From an uncultured Candidatus Saccharibacteria bacterium (GTDB taxonomy: Bacteria; Patescibacteriota; Minisyncoccia; Phycocordibacterales; UBA12079), in assembly GCA_964608745.1 (NCBI GenBank), contig CAZSPC010000001.1, positions 750-64,749 of the forward strand: a stretch of DNA of 64,000 bases, in the 5' to 3' direction. The position numbers and the translations under genes were made by a program. This document shows, piece by piece, positions 1-9,359 of this stretch (position 1 is the first letter of the stretch; each line of letters begins with the position of its first letter). The notes beneath the pieces were generated by a model. It saw nothing but the letters and a program-made list of their open reading frames with translations, had not been told where the DNA came from and made no database searches.

Positions 1-97
1 TTAATACCGAACCCTGCGTCTTTCTCAACAAGAGAGAGTGCGACTCGTTTGATCACCAATGTATTGGTAGATCATCATGAGCTGTATGCTATATATT

Positions 98-126
98 AAC
101 CGAGTGAATTTATTCACTCGGTTTTT
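98..126 (+). terminator. intrinsic terminator hairpin
   Basis: aaccgagtgaat/attcactcggtt stem followed by a T run. Confidence 0.7.
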
Positions 127-210
127 TGTTTGCAAAAAAGACTTTTTATGTTAGGTTGTTGTTAGAAATATATATTCATCAATTCTATAAGAAGGTTGGA
201 GGTAATTTCT

Positions 211-594
211 ATGAAACACGGTCAGACAGGTAATCTTGCTCAGTATGGTTTAGAGAGTAATAAGAGGTTTCTGGTAGCCATTTCTAAGGCTGATTTAGAT
301 GGCTTTGCGATAAGGTTTGATACCCTGGATTGTTCTAGATCAATTCTTAGTGAACAAGATGAGGGTATGGATTTGAATACATATTTGATGTTACTTAACC
401 AAGAATTTTCTTTTTTTCTGCAAATTGGAAGTCCTGATTCTGAGTTTATTAGATATTGTGCAGTAGGGAGGGATATCAATTATGTTGATAGATTTCTTTG
501 GATTGATTGTAAATGCAATGAAAGTAACTACGTAATTGTTGCCGAGTTGTTCAAAAAACATTTTGGTGTTGAATTACAAAATATACTAATGTAA
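211..594 (+). CDS. hypothetical protein
   Basis: ORF; GGAGG upstream of ATG 211; terminator follows. Confidence 0.6.
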   Translation: MKHGQTGNLAQYGLESNKRFLVAISKADLDGFAIRFDTLDCSRSILSEQDEGMDLNTYLMLLNQEFSFFLQIGSPDSEFIRYCAVGRDINYVDRFLWIDCKCNESNYVIVAELFKKHFGVELQNILM

Positions 595-596
595 AT

Positions 597-629
597 ACCG
601 GATGAGATTAATTCTCATCCGGTTTTTTT
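597..629. terminator. terminator between convergent genes
   Basis: accggatgaga-ttaat-tctcatccggt + T run. Confidence 0.7.
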
Positions 630-639
630 ATTGAAATTA

Positions 640-1149
640 TTATTTTCCTGTACTACCAAGAGCATTACTACCTCGTTTACTTTTCCTTAGTTCTCCAACT
701 TGTTCAATTTCAACATGTGGGCAATACAAAAGCATTCCTTGGGCGATTGCTTTTGATTGCGGATAGATAATTGTATTTTCTCCAGCCAAGTTATTTTTTT
801 GAAGTAGGGAAGTAAGCTTGTCTTCAGAAAGGTTTGTGAAAATAATCGTCTTGTTTGATGTATTATTGATTGGAATAAAAATTTCTCCTCGAAAACCGCT
901 GTCGATTACTCCACATCTACGGGCAAGCCCTTTTGTTCCCGTACTACTTCTTTCGGCAATATAAAAAACCCAATCTTGTGGAATCTCAATAGCAATTCCT
1001 GTTCGAAACATATGAATCTCTCCCGGATTTAATACGAGGAAATCTTTGTCGTGAATTGCGTATAAATCAAAACTAGCATCTTCTTTTCTTTTTGATGGGA
1101 GGATAGCACGATCATTTAAAAGTTTTATTTTTAGATAAGGGTTTTGCAT
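640..1149 (-). CDS. dut: dUTP diphosphatase (trimeric dUTPase)
   Basis: motifs ASFDL, RSS, GVIDSGFRGEI, IAQG, RGSNALGSTG. Confidence 0.92.
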   Translation of the reverse strand: MQNPYLKIKLLNDRAILPSKRKEDASFDLYAIHDKDFLVLNPGEIHMFRTGIAIEIPQDWVFYIAERSSTGTKGLARRCGVIDSGFRGEIFIPINNTSNKTIIFTNLSEDKLTSLLQKNNLAGENTIIYPQSKAIAQGMLLYCPHVEIEQVGELRKSKRGSNALGSTGK

Positions 1150-1169
1150 ATTATGGCTAATTTTAACAT

Positions 1170-1272
1170 AAAAAAAGGAGCCGGATCACGGTCTCCTTTT
1201 GAACTTAGACCGATGAGGTCTTTGTTCGGGTGGATTCAACCGGATAGGGTTAAACCCAAGGTACTGAATTAT
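1170..1272 (-). ncRNA. candidate small RNA (promoter-to-terminator unit without an obvious ORF)
   Basis: minus-strand TTGACA(1306-1301)-16nt-TACTAT promoter; ends in aaaaggagaccg..cggctcctttttt terminator. Confidence 0.4.
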
Positions 1273-1390
1273 GTACTTATAGTATCCAGATTAGAATAAT
1301 TGTCAATAGTAACTGTGGATAAAATGAACCAAAAAATATCTGACAAACAAAAAAGCCAGAACCTTGTGGGTTCTGGCTGTGGGAGGAAGG

Positions 1391-1903
1391 TCACTCGCGC
1401 TGGATGGTGTCGAGCGGAGCGAGGGAGACAATTAGGGTGCCGGCAATGGAAGTTTTATAATAATCAGCATTGTTGGCGTTTCCTGAAATGTATTTCAGGG
1501 GTACGACCTCGGGCGTGCGGATCATATCATTGACGAACACGAAGGGTTGGAACGGCGTACCGGTATTTGCGGAAATGATAAATTTACCGGCATCGTTACC
1601 AAATATATTGGTGGCAAAAACGGGTTCCGTTCGGCTGACTTTTCCGGAGATAGTATTGTCAGTCGAAGCTACAACAGGTTGTCCAACGAGATCTACTCTT
1701 TTATGTTCGATCAGGAAGGACAGGTAGGTAGTAGGTGCGATCGTTTCTTCGCCAACGAAGATTGGACCAACACTACTACCTTTTTCGGCAGGTTGGCTGG
1801 AAGCCATGGCGCCGGAACCGATGAGAAGTATAAAGGCGGTGATAAACACCAGTAGAATGAGGATGACCGATGGTCGTCCTCGGGCAAATCCAAGTTTCTT
1901 CAT
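1391..1903 (-). CDS. hypothetical exported/membrane-anchored protein
   Basis: N-terminal basic + hydrophobic signal; GGAGG RBS; terminator at ~1351-1378. Confidence 0.65.
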   Translation of the reverse strand: MKKLGFARGRPSVILILLVFITAFILLIGSGAMASSQPAEKGSSVGPIFVGEETIAPTTYLSFLIEHKRVDLVGQPVVASTDNTISGKVSRTEPVFATNIFGNDAGKFIISANTGTPFQPFVFVNDMIRTPEVVPLKYISGNANNADYYKTSIAGTLIVSLAPLDTIQRE

Positions 1904-2148
1904 AACTTTTCCTCCATTTATTTTTTGAGATTCTACGATTGAATCTCAATTCAAGGTACTGATTCCGTCACTTGACGGACTATTGAACCCTAAATATAGC
2001 AAATTATGTTTTTTTGTCAAGCAAAAAAATAATTAGTTAAATAAGTTGGTAAATCGGTAATTGACGAATTTTTGCGAAGCAAAAAATCATTTTCTTAAAT
2101 CCTAAATCCTACTTCTTAAATCCATTCAATTCTGTTAGAATTGAATAT

Positions 2149-2304
2149 ATGTTGAAATCATTTTTTAAATTTACTTTCGGTTTTTTAACAATCATTATTG
2201 TTAGTTTTTTAGTATTGAGCTCTTTAAACTATTGGGAAAAAAATAAGCAAGAATCAGAAAGTAGCGAACAGCAAGAAATCATTGCTAACTTATATCAAAA
2301 CTAA
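2149..2304 (+). CDS. small single-TM protein (51 aa, not in ORF track)
   Basis: MLKSFFKFTFGFLTIIIVSFLVLSSLNYWEKNKQ...; TGTTAGAAT -10 element 7 nt before ATG; terminator 2305-2337. Confidence 0.6.
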   Translation: MLKSFFKFTFGFLTIIIVSFLVLSSLNYWEKNKQESESSEQQEIIANLYQN

Positions 2305-2380
2305 AAATACCGGCCTTACGAAGGCCGGTATTTTTTCTTGCAAAAAATTTTTGAATGATGTATATTGTTGTTTAAATAAA

Positions 2381-2491
2381 GGCCCAAGAAAATAGGCAAC
2401 GGGAAACCGGATAAGCATCCTATTTAGGTCGAACTAATATTTCTATTAAAAGAATGTTTTAGGCGCCTTTGTTTGTTAATGGCGTTTTTTT
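2381..2491 (+). promoter_or_regulatory. ribosomal protein L10 leader with downstream attenuator-like hairpin
   Basis: ggcccaagaaaatagg...taagcatcctatttaggtc resembles the L10-leader pattern, upstream of rplJ; aggcgcc..ggcgttttttt hairpin. Confidence 0.65.
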
Positions 2492-2511
2492 AGTTAAAAA
2501 CAACAACAAGA

Positions 2512-2606
2512 AGCGTATAGTGTATAGCGTATAGCGTATAGAAAGAAATTTTGGCTTTGCCAAAATTTCTTCCCTACAACCCTAAACGCTACAACCCTAA
2601 ACGCTA
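2512..2606 (+). repeat. heptamer inverted-repeat element (TAGCGTW arms) before rplJ
   Basis: agcgtatag.. / gaaattttggctttgccaaaatttc / ..ccctaaacgcta. Confidence 0.9.
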
Positions 2607-2612
2607 TTAATT

Positions 2613-3101
2613 ATGGCTATTACAAAAGAAAAAAAAGAACAGATTTATAAAAAAACCGTTGATGTCATCAAAGATTCTCAATCAATGGTATTTGTTAATT
2701 TTCATGGCTTGGGAGTGGGGAATACAACTGATTTACGAAATAAACTTCGAGAAGAAGGTGTGAATTATGTTGTTGCCAAAAAAACTCTTGCTAAAAAAGC
2801 TTTGGAAGAGGCAAAACTTGAAGGAGAAATACCGACATTGGATGGAGAGTTAGCTTTAGCTTATGCGGATGATCTTACTGCTCCGGCACGGGGTGTGTAT
2901 GATTTTCAAAAGAAGCACAAGGATAATATTTCTATTTTAGGAGGTATTTTTGAAGGAAAGTTTATGGATCAAGGAGCAATGACAGAAATTGCAGCGATTC
3001 CATCAACACCTGTTTTGTATGGACAATTTGTGAATCTTATTAATTCTCCGATTCAAAGATTTGCGGTTGTACTAAATCAGATTGCGGAGAAAAAAGCATA
3101 A
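2613..3101 (+). CDS. rplJ: 50S ribosomal protein L10
   Basis: typical L10 sequence, precedes rplL. Confidence 0.95.
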   Translation: MAITKEKKEQIYKKTVDVIKDSQSMVFVNFHGLGVGNTTDLRNKLREEGVNYVVAKKTLAKKALEEAKLEGEIPTLDGELALAYADDLTAPARGVYDFQKKHKDNISILGGIFEGKFMDQGAMTEIAAIPSTPVLYGQFVNLINSPIQRFAVVLNQIAEKKA

Positions 3102-3118
3102 TTATTAAAATAATTAAA

Positions 3119-3207
3119 TAGCTAATAGCTAAAAGCTAAAAGCTGATAGTATTAAAATTTTCAAAGGAAATTTTTGCTATGAGCTACAAGCTATAGGCTA
3201 TAAGCTG
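3119..3207 (+). repeat. heptamer inverted-repeat element (TAGCT-type arms) before rplL
   Basis: tagctaa/aagctaa repeats, central aaaattttc-aaag-gaaattttt, gctat/agcta right arm. Confidence 0.8.
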
Positions 3208-3215
3208 ACAAAGTT

Positions 3216-3806
3216 ATGTCAGAAGAAAAAGATACAAAAAAAGACGAAGTAGTTGAAGAAGCTACTGCCAAGGAAGCTCCTAAGGAGGAGGCCAAAGAAG
3301 AGGCTCCTGTCGAAGAAGCTAAAGCCGAAGAAAAACCAGCTGAGGAAACTAAGGAAGAAAAGAAAGAAGAAGAAAAGCCAGTTGAAAAACCAAAAGAGGA
3401 AGAGAAAAAAGAAGATGAAGGAGAAGAAGTAGAAGTTCCTAAAAAGTTTAAAAAATTAGTTGAAGAAATTGAAAGTATGTCAGTTATTGATCTTCACGAA
3501 TTGGTTAAGTTACTAGAAAAGAAATTTGGTGTATCAGCGGCTGCTGTGGCAGTTGCCGGAGCAGGTGCAGGGGCTGATGAAGGAGGAGAAGAAAAAACAG
3601 AATTTAATGCTGAACTTACCTCAGCTGGAGATTCAAAGATTGCTGTTATTAAAGCGGTTAAAGCAGCTTTGGGACTAGGTCTTAAAGAAGCTAAAGAATT
3701 AGTTGATGGAGCACCAGCAATGTTGAAAGAAGGAATGAAGAAGGAAGATGCTGAGACTTTGAAGACAGACATCGAAGCAGCAGGAGGTTCAATCGAATTG
3801 AAATAA
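3216..3806 (+). CDS. rplL: 50S ribosomal protein L7/L12 with long acidic N-terminal extension
   Basis: [33 protein letters not shown]. Confidence 0.95.
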   Translation: MSEEKDTKKDEVVEEATAKEAPKEEAKEEAPVEEAKAEEKPAEETKEEKKEEEKPVEKPKEEEKKEDEGEEVEVPKKFKKLVEEIESMSVIDLHELVKLLEKKFGVSAAAVAVAGAGAGADEGGEEKTEFNAELTSAGDSKIAVIKAVKAALGLGLKEAKELVDGAPAMLKEGMKKEDAETLKTDIEAAGGSIELK

Positions 3807-3927
3807 TCCAAAATAAAAAACACCCGCCAACTGATGGGTGTTTTTTGTTGCTTTTATGTAAGATTTTTGATATAAACTAATCAGGATTTGGTTGTTTTTT
3901 TAACTAAATTAAAAAAAGGAGTAAAAA

Positions 3928-4254
3928 ATGAATAAAGTTTTGTTTGTTGTACCAACTTGGGAATTTACGTTAAAAAGTTTGTTGGGTTGGCCGATCGGTT
4001 TGATTTCCTTTGTTTTGTTTTTATGCGTGATTACTTTTCATATGAGTGATAAAAGCGAAGGATTGTCTTTGAGTAACTTGGAATTTGGTGATGCTGTTTT
4101 TACCCTCACTGGTTGGTTGGGTCCCTTCATATTTTTAACAGAAATGAAGCGTAACTACAAAACTTTTTTCGGAAAGATTTTTGCAGCCACCCTGTATTTC
4201 ATTTTTCCGTTGTGGTGTCTTATCCATATGTTTCGAAGTATTTTTTTTCTATAA
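3928..4254 (+). CDS. hypothetical membrane protein
   Basis: 3 hydrophobic segments; AGGAG RBS. Confidence 0.65.
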   Translation: MNKVLFVVPTWEFTLKSLLGWPIGLISFVLFLCVITFHMSDKSEGLSLSNLEFGDAVFTLTGWLGPFIFLTEMKRNYKTFFGKIFAATLYFIFPLWCLIHMFRSIFFL

Positions 4255-4326
4255 ATTTAGATTTCCAAAATCTTTAAAAAGCTTTGTCAATTTGATAGGG
4301 CTTTTTTCTTTTGTTATAATAACTTC

Positions 4327-4962
4327 ATGGAAATTCTGGGAAAATTATTTGGCTCACCTGCTCGGGTGAAAGTGATGAAGCTCTTTTTAGCTAACGAAGA
4401 GATTCCTTTTGATAACGAAGATATTTCAAAAAGAGCAAAAGTTCCAATGACTACATTAAGGAAAGAACTTAATTTGCTTTTAAAAGTTGGTCTTATTAAA
4501 AAGAAAGTTTTTTACAAAGAGGTTGAGAAGAAAATTAAAAAAACAAAAACAAAGCCGGCTCGGGTTGAGAAAATAAAAAAGAAAACAAATGGTTGGATAC
4601 TAAATGATAAATTTATCTATCTAATGCCTCTGTATAATCTTTTGGTTGGAACGTCTTCGTTTACTCCAAAAATAATTAATAAAAGATTGGTTGGTGTGGG
4701 TAGGCTTAAGCTAGTTTTAATTTCCGGGGTTTTGTTAAAAAATAGTGAGAGTCGTGTTGATTTGCTGGTGGTTGGTGATGGAATTAAGACTAGTTCTTTG
4801 GAGAAGGCTATTAAAACAATGGAATCTGAAATTGGAAAAGAATTAAAATACGCCGCTTTTGAAACCAATGACTTTATTTACCGGCTGAATATCTACGATA
4901 GACTGGTTCGAGATATTATTGACCATCCACATCAGAAAATAGTTAATAAAATTGGTGTTTAG
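4327..4962 (+). CDS. putative HTH transcriptional regulator with nucleotidyltransferase-like C-terminus
   Basis: LFGSPARVKV..LRKELNLL HTH; VDLLVVGD; KELKYAAF. Confidence 0.65.
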   Translation: MEILGKLFGSPARVKVMKLFLANEEIPFDNEDISKRAKVPMTTLRKELNLLLKVGLIKKKVFYKEVEKKIKKTKTKPARVEKIKKKTNGWILNDKFIYLMPLYNLLVGTSSFTPKIINKRLVGVGRLKLVLISGVLLKNSESRVDLLVVGDGIKTSSLEKAIKTMESEIGKELKYAAFETNDFIYRLNIYDRLVRDIIDHPHQKIVNKIGV

Positions 4963-5362
4963 AAAAATAATGAGAAAATCCCAGCGTGAGCTGGGATTTT
5001 CTCATTATTTTTCTTAACCCAGCTCATTTTTAATAATAAAGTAGATTAATCAATAAAGTTTAAAAACACCATAAGTTTTATTTAGTCGAAAATTTATTTT
5101 TTAAAAATAGGGTTGGGTGTAAAAATTCTGTCATGTTGGCGGAATTTTTTAATGTTTGAATGGGTTAATTTTAAGATGAATTTTTTGCGAAGCAAAAAAT
5201 TCATCTTAAAATCCTAAAATTAAATTATTCGAAATTAAATCGAAATTAATCACTTATCCACAACAAACAAATCTAAAAAAGTCAAAATATTGTATTATTA
5301 TAGATAACCAATTATTACAAAATAATAGGTCGCGATTTATTAGTGTAATTAAAAAATTAATT

Positions 5363-6040
5363 ATGATATTACAAACATGGGGTGAGGTACTTGCTCAATC
5401 TTTTCAAGACTTATGGCTTGGAGTAGTTTCATTTGTACCCAGCTTAATCGTTGCGATTGTTATCTTTATCGCAGGATGGGTTGTAGGTGCTCTTTTGGGA
5501 AGAGTTGTATCTCAAATTGTTAAGTCTTTGAAGGTGGACAATGCTCTTCGAAGTGCTGGAACAGAAGCTGTTTTGAACAGAGCTGGATTCAAATTGGATT
5601 CAGGAGCCTTCTTAGGAGGATTAGTTCGATGGTTTGTCATCATCGTCTTCCTTGTGGCTGCTTTTGATGTTCTTGGTCTAAGTCAAGTTAACGATTTCTT
5701 GCAACAAGTAGTTCTACTTTACTTGCCACAAGTGATTGTTGCTGTGATGATTCTTTTGATTGCTGCTTTGGTTGCAGATGCTATGCAATCAGTTGTAAAA
5801 GGATCAGCTAAGGCTGCTGAGATTCGATCAGCTAATTTCCTAGGAAATGTTACAAAATGGGCTATTTGGATTTTCGCAATCTTGATGGCTTTGTATCAAT
5901 TAGGAGTTGCTGCTGCTTTTGTTCAAACTTTGTTTACAGGAGTGGTTGTAGCGCTTGCACTAGGTACAGGACTTGCTTTCGGACTTGGAGGAAGAGATCA
6001 TGCTGGTAAGTTCCTAGACAAGATAAGTAAAGAAAAATAA
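5363..6040 (+). CDS. TM-helix repeat protein (MscS-associated/CmpX-like)
   Basis: repeated FVPSLIVAIVI / YLPQVIVAVMI; GLAFGLGGRD. Confidence 0.8.
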   Translation: MILQTWGEVLAQSFQDLWLGVVSFVPSLIVAIVIFIAGWVVGALLGRVVSQIVKSLKVDNALRSAGTEAVLNRAGFKLDSGAFLGGLVRWFVIIVFLVAAFDVLGLSQVNDFLQQVVLLYLPQVIVAVMILLIAALVADAMQSVVKGSAKAAEIRSANFLGNVTKWAIWIFAILMALYQLGVAAAFVQTLFTGVVVALALGTGLAFGLGGRDHAGKFLDKISKEK

Positions 6041-6158
6041 AATATCTTGAAATTACTAAAACACCCGTCGATTGATGGGTGTTTTTGATTTGACTTTTTT
6101 CAAAGTTTTGTTAAGATGTATCAAGCTCAATTACTCTGAATGAGGAGCTTTTTATATT

Positions 6159-6485
6159 ATGACAAGATCGATTAAAAAAGGTCCCTTTGTGGATGAAAAA
6201 CTTTTGAAAAAAGTAACAAACAAAAAGCCAGAGGATGGTGTTATTAAGACATGGGCAAGAGCCAGTCAAATTTCACCAGAAATGGTTGGTTTTACTTTTG
6301 GAGTTCATAATGGAAAGGATCATATTGAGGTTTTTGTAACAGAAGATATGGTTGGTCATCGATTGGGAGAATTTTCTCCAACCAAGAAATTCTATAGACA
6401 TGGAGGTAAGATGCAGAAGGAACTTGATCAAAAGAAGAAAGAAGCTGAAATTGCAGCAGCTAAAGCAGCAAAAGCAACAGCGTAA
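6159..6485 (+). CDS. rpsS: 30S ribosomal protein S19
   Basis: [22 protein letters not shown]. Confidence 0.97.
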   Translation: MTRSIKKGPFVDEKLLKKVTNKKPEDGVIKTWARASQISPEMVGFTFGVHNGKDHIEVFVTEDMVGHRLGEFSPTKKFYRHGGKMQKELDQKKKEAEIAAAKAAKATA

Positions 6486-6495
6486 AGATTAAAAA

Positions 6496-6987
6496 ATGAA
6501 AATTAAGGCAGAATTAAAGAATTATAGACAATCTTCTCGAAAAGTTCGGTTAGTTGCTGATCTTGTGAGAGGAAAAAAGGTTGAAAAGGCTTTAGCAGAG
6601 TTGAATTTTTTGAATAAAAAGGCTTCACTAGTAGTGAAAAAGTTGGTTAATTCTGCTGTTGCAAACGCAAAACACAATTTTAATCTTGAAAAAGATGTTT
6701 TGATTGTTGATGAAATACGAGTAGATGAAGGACCAACTTTGAAGAGATGGCGAGCTGGAGCGAGAGGAAGAGCTTTTCCTATCAAGAAAAGAACATCGAG
6801 AGTTTTACTTGTTTTGTCAGATGGTAAAGAAGATGTAAAAACAGAAAAAGAGCAAAAAAAGACAGAAACAAAACCAAAAACAAAGAAGACAACTCGAAAA
6901 ACGGCAAAAAAAGTAGTTAAAAAAACAGAAAAGATGACAAAGAAAGTTAAAAAAGTAAAGAAAAAAGACGAAAAAGTTAAAAAATAA
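6496..6987 (+). CDS. rplV: 50S ribosomal protein L22 (Lys-rich tail)
   Basis: RKVRLVADLVRGK, SAVANAKHN, DEGPTLKR. Confidence 0.96.
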   Translation: MKIKAELKNYRQSSRKVRLVADLVRGKKVEKALAELNFLNKKASLVVKKLVNSAVANAKHNFNLEKDVLIVDEIRVDEGPTLKRWRAGARGRAFPIKKRTSRVLLVLSDGKEDVKTEKEQKKTETKPKTKKTTRKTAKKVVKKTEKMTKKVKKVKKKDEKVKK

Positions 6988-7004
6988 CAATAAAATAGTA
7001 ACCC

Positions 7005-7114
7005 AGTGCTTAGCGTTTAGGGTTGTAGAGATGAATTTTGCCTTCGGCAAAATTCATCAAAGAAAAATCTTTGATTTTTCTACCTATACCCTAAACGCTG
7101 AACGCTAAACCCTA
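7005..7114 (+). repeat. heptamer inverted-repeat element before rpsC
   Basis: tagcgtttagggttgtag-gatgaattttgccttcggcaaaattcatc-..-ctataccctaaacgctgaacgcta; near-identical to 7775 and 9244 copies. Confidence 0.95.
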
Positions 7115-7120
7115 TATATT

Positions 7121-7777
7121 ATGACTCACGTAGCACACCCATACGCACAAAGAATAAAAATATTAAGAGATTGGAAGTCTCGTTGGTTTAGTATGGGTCA
7201 GCAATACAAAGATTTTTTGAAAGCTGATATTTTGATTAGAGAATATTTGGAAAACAGACTGCGGGATATGTACGTTAGCTCGGTAGATGTTGAAAGAGAT
7301 GGCGATAAAATGAAGATTATTATCAAAACATCACGAGCCGGAATGATTATTGGTAGAAGTGGAGATGGAATTCAAAAGTTGAAAAATGAGGTATTAAAAA
7401 TTATCCAAAAAAACAAACTGGTTAAACCAGAGGAATTGAATATAGATGTGGAAGAGGTGAGATACCCTGAAACAGATGCTGGAATTGTTGGTTCAATGGT
7501 TGTTGAAGGGCTTGAAAAACGAATGCCTTTCAGAAGAGTTTTGAAAATGACCGCTGACAAAGTTATGGCAAATAAAGAAATTAAGGGTGTGAGAATTGTT
7601 GTTTCTGGAAGGCTTGGTGGGGCAGAAATGGCTAGAAAAGAACAAGTAAAACAAGGCCGAGTACCTTTACAGACTTTGAGAGCTGATATTGATTACGCTA
7701 CGAAAAGAGCGAATCTACCATATGGTGTTATTGGAGTGAAAGTTTGGATTTATAAAGGAGATGTATTTAATAAATAG
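7121..7777 (+). CDS. rpsC: 30S ribosomal protein S3
   Basis: WKSRWF, SGRLGGAEMAR, GRVPLQTLRADIDY. Confidence 0.97.
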   Translation: MTHVAHPYAQRIKILRDWKSRWFSMGQQYKDFLKADILIREYLENRLRDMYVSSVDVERDGDKMKIIIKTSRAGMIIGRSGDGIQKLKNEVLKIIQKNKLVKPEELNIDVEEVRYPETDAGIVGSMVVEGLEKRMPFRRVLKMTADKVMANKEIKGVRIVVSGRLGGAEMARKEQVKQGRVPLQTLRADIDYATKRANLPYGVIGVKVWIYKGDVFNK

Positions 7778-7885
7778 CGTCTAGCGTTTAGGGTTGTAGA
7801 GATGAATTTTGCCTTCGGCAAAATTCATCAAAGAAAAATCTTTGATTTTTCTACCTATACCCTAAACGCTGAACGCTATACTCTA
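7775..7885 (+). repeat. heptamer inverted-repeat element before rplP
   Basis: starts at rpsC TAG stop; core identical to 7011-7107. Confidence 0.95.
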
Positions 7886-7892
7886 AAATATT

Positions 7893-8330
7893 ATGTTATT
7901 GTTTCCCAAAAAAGCAAAATATCGAAAATGGCAGACTGGACGAAAACACCCCGAGAAAAGAGGTGTGGCTACTCGTGGTGTAAAAGTTGCTTTTGGATCT
8001 TATGGATTAAAAGCTTTAACAGCAGCGAGGGTGAAAGCAAATCAAATCGAGGCTGCTCGTGTTGCAGCTAACAGGAAAATTGGTAAGTTTGGAAAGATGT
8101 GGATTAGAATTTTCCCAGATAGACCTGTAACAAAGAAGGCTGCCGAGGTTGGTATGGGTAAGGGTAAGGGTGACCCGTATGCTTATTGTGTCGAAGTAAA
8201 ACCAGGAAGGATTTTAATTGAAGTTGACGGTGTAGATGAAGCAATAGCAAGAGAAGCATTGAGAAAAGCGGGAACAAAATTTCCTTTGAAAACGAAGGTT
8301 GTTAGCCGTGAAGATTCCGAAAATATTTAA
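7893..8330 (+). CDS. rplP: 50S ribosomal protein L16
   Basis: WIRIFPDRPVTKK, MGKGKG. Confidence 0.97.
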   Translation: MLLFPKKAKYRKWQTGRKHPEKRGVATRGVKVAFGSYGLKALTAARVKANQIEAARVAANRKIGKFGKMWIRIFPDRPVTKKAAEVGMGKGKGDPYAYCVEVKPGRILIEVDGVDEAIAREALRKAGTKFPLKTKVVSREDSENI

Positions 8331-8457
8331 ATTTTCCCAAAACTAGATGATATTCGCTTTTGTTTGCACAAGAATCTCAGTCGCTGTACTTAGTACATAC
8401 ACCTTCCTCGATTCTTGCACAAACAAAAGCGAATATCATCTAGTTTTGAAAAAATTT
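8329..8457 (+). repeat. ~125 bp long-hairpin element (family B) after rplP
   Basis: caaaactagatgatattcgcttttgtttg...caaacaaaagcgaatatcatctagttttg. Confidence 0.85.
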
Positions 8458-8516
8458 ATTTCATTAAGTTGAAAATATAGAAAAAATAAGTATAGTTATT
8501 GAAATAAAAAAAATGA

Positions 8517-8634
8517 ATCCCGTTAGAGATGTTAAGTTAGATTCTTCGGGAAAATTAATAAAGTAGATATATTGATTATGTTATTAAGTTTAATTCACAG
8601 ATACGGAAACTCCGTTTCCTATCTCTAATGGGAT
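8517..8634 (+). mobile_element. MITE-like element with ATCCCGTTAGAGAT terminal inverted repeats
   Basis: atcccgttagagat...atctctaatgggat; homologous to 43877-43993. Confidence 0.7.
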
Positions 8635-8833
8635 GAAAGATTTAAAAAAGAAAACTGAAAAAGATTTACAAAAAATGTTGCAGGAAAAGAGAAAAACTCT
8701 TAGAGAATTTCGATTTGGATCTTCGGGAAGTAAAACCAAGAATGTAAAGGAGGGAAGTAATACTAAAAAAGAAATTGCTAGAATTTTAACAGAATTGAAA
8801 CAAAGAGAATTAGGGGGGTTAGAAAAGAAATAA
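8633..8833 (+). CDS. rpmC: 50S ribosomal protein L29
   Basis: size, position, KKEIARILTEL. Confidence 0.93.
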   Translation: MKDLKKKTEKDLQKMLQEKRKTLREFRFGSSGSKTKNVKEGSNTKKEIARILTELKQRELGGLEKK

Positions 8834-8834
8834 T

Positions 8835-8957
8835 TTTAATTTGTAAATTTTAAATTTTAATTCAATTTTAAATTATTAAATGAATAAATAATAAAAAAAT
8901 AAAATAATTAAAATTTAGTCATTGAATTAAAATTTACAAATTAAAATTTAAAATTTG
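8835..8957 (+). repeat. AT-rich short-unit inverted-repeat element before rpsQ
   Basis: ttttaatttgtaaattttaa..ttcaat / attgaattaaaatttacaaattaaaa; similar to 15511 and 51858. Confidence 0.65.
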
Positions 8958-8968
8958 AATATATAATA

Positions 8969-9238
8969 ATGGAAAACACAAAAGATACAAAAGTAAATAC
9001 AGAAAAGAAGTCATCGGGAAAGATCCTGTCCGGTGTTGTTGTTTCTGACAAAATGCAGGATACGGTTGTTGTAAAAGTTCAAAGATTTGTAAAGCATCCA
9101 AAAATTGGAAAGTATGTCAAAATAGCAAAGAAATTTAAAGCACACGATGCAGGAAATACAGCTAAAATTGGAGATAAAGTAACAATAAAAGAGTGTAAAC
9201 CGGTATCGAAAGATAAAGCATTTATTTTGGAAAAATAA
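8969..9238 (+). CDS. rpsQ: 30S ribosomal protein S17
   Basis: GVVVSDKMQDTVVV, KAHD, GDKVTIKECKPVSKDK. Confidence 0.96.
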   Translation: MENTKDTKVNTEKKSSGKILSGVVVSDKMQDTVVVKVQRFVKHPKIGKYVKIAKKFKAHDAGNTAKIGDKVTIKECKPVSKDKAFILEK

Positions 9239-9243
9239 ATAGA

Positions 9244-9353
9244 AGCGTTTAGCGTTTAGGGTTGTAGGAATGAATTTTGCCTTCGGTAAAATTCATCAAA
9301 GAAAAATCTTTGATTTTTCTACCTATACCCTAAACGCTGAACGCTATACCCTA
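9244..9353 (+). repeat. heptamer inverted-repeat element before rplN
   Basis: near-identical to 7005 and 7775 copies. Confidence 0.95.
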
Positions 9354-9359
9354 AGCAAT

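Noticed and set aside
2571-2606. Plant-telomere-like TTTAGGG/CCCTAAA units
   Set aside because: Units are degenerate, short, internal and in inverted pairs within a bacterial operon; other arm types lack the motif, so the match is treated as coincidence.
5254-5262. DnaA boxes (ttatccaca 5254-5262; tgtggataa 1314-1322) as oriC
   Set aside because: Isolated single boxes, with no cluster and no dnaA/dnaN nearby.
7802-8071. ORF MNFAFGKIHQRKIFDF.. and the same peptide as an N-extension of rplN (9270)
   Set aside because: It is translation of the repeat element; the frame relative to the downstream gene differs between copies.
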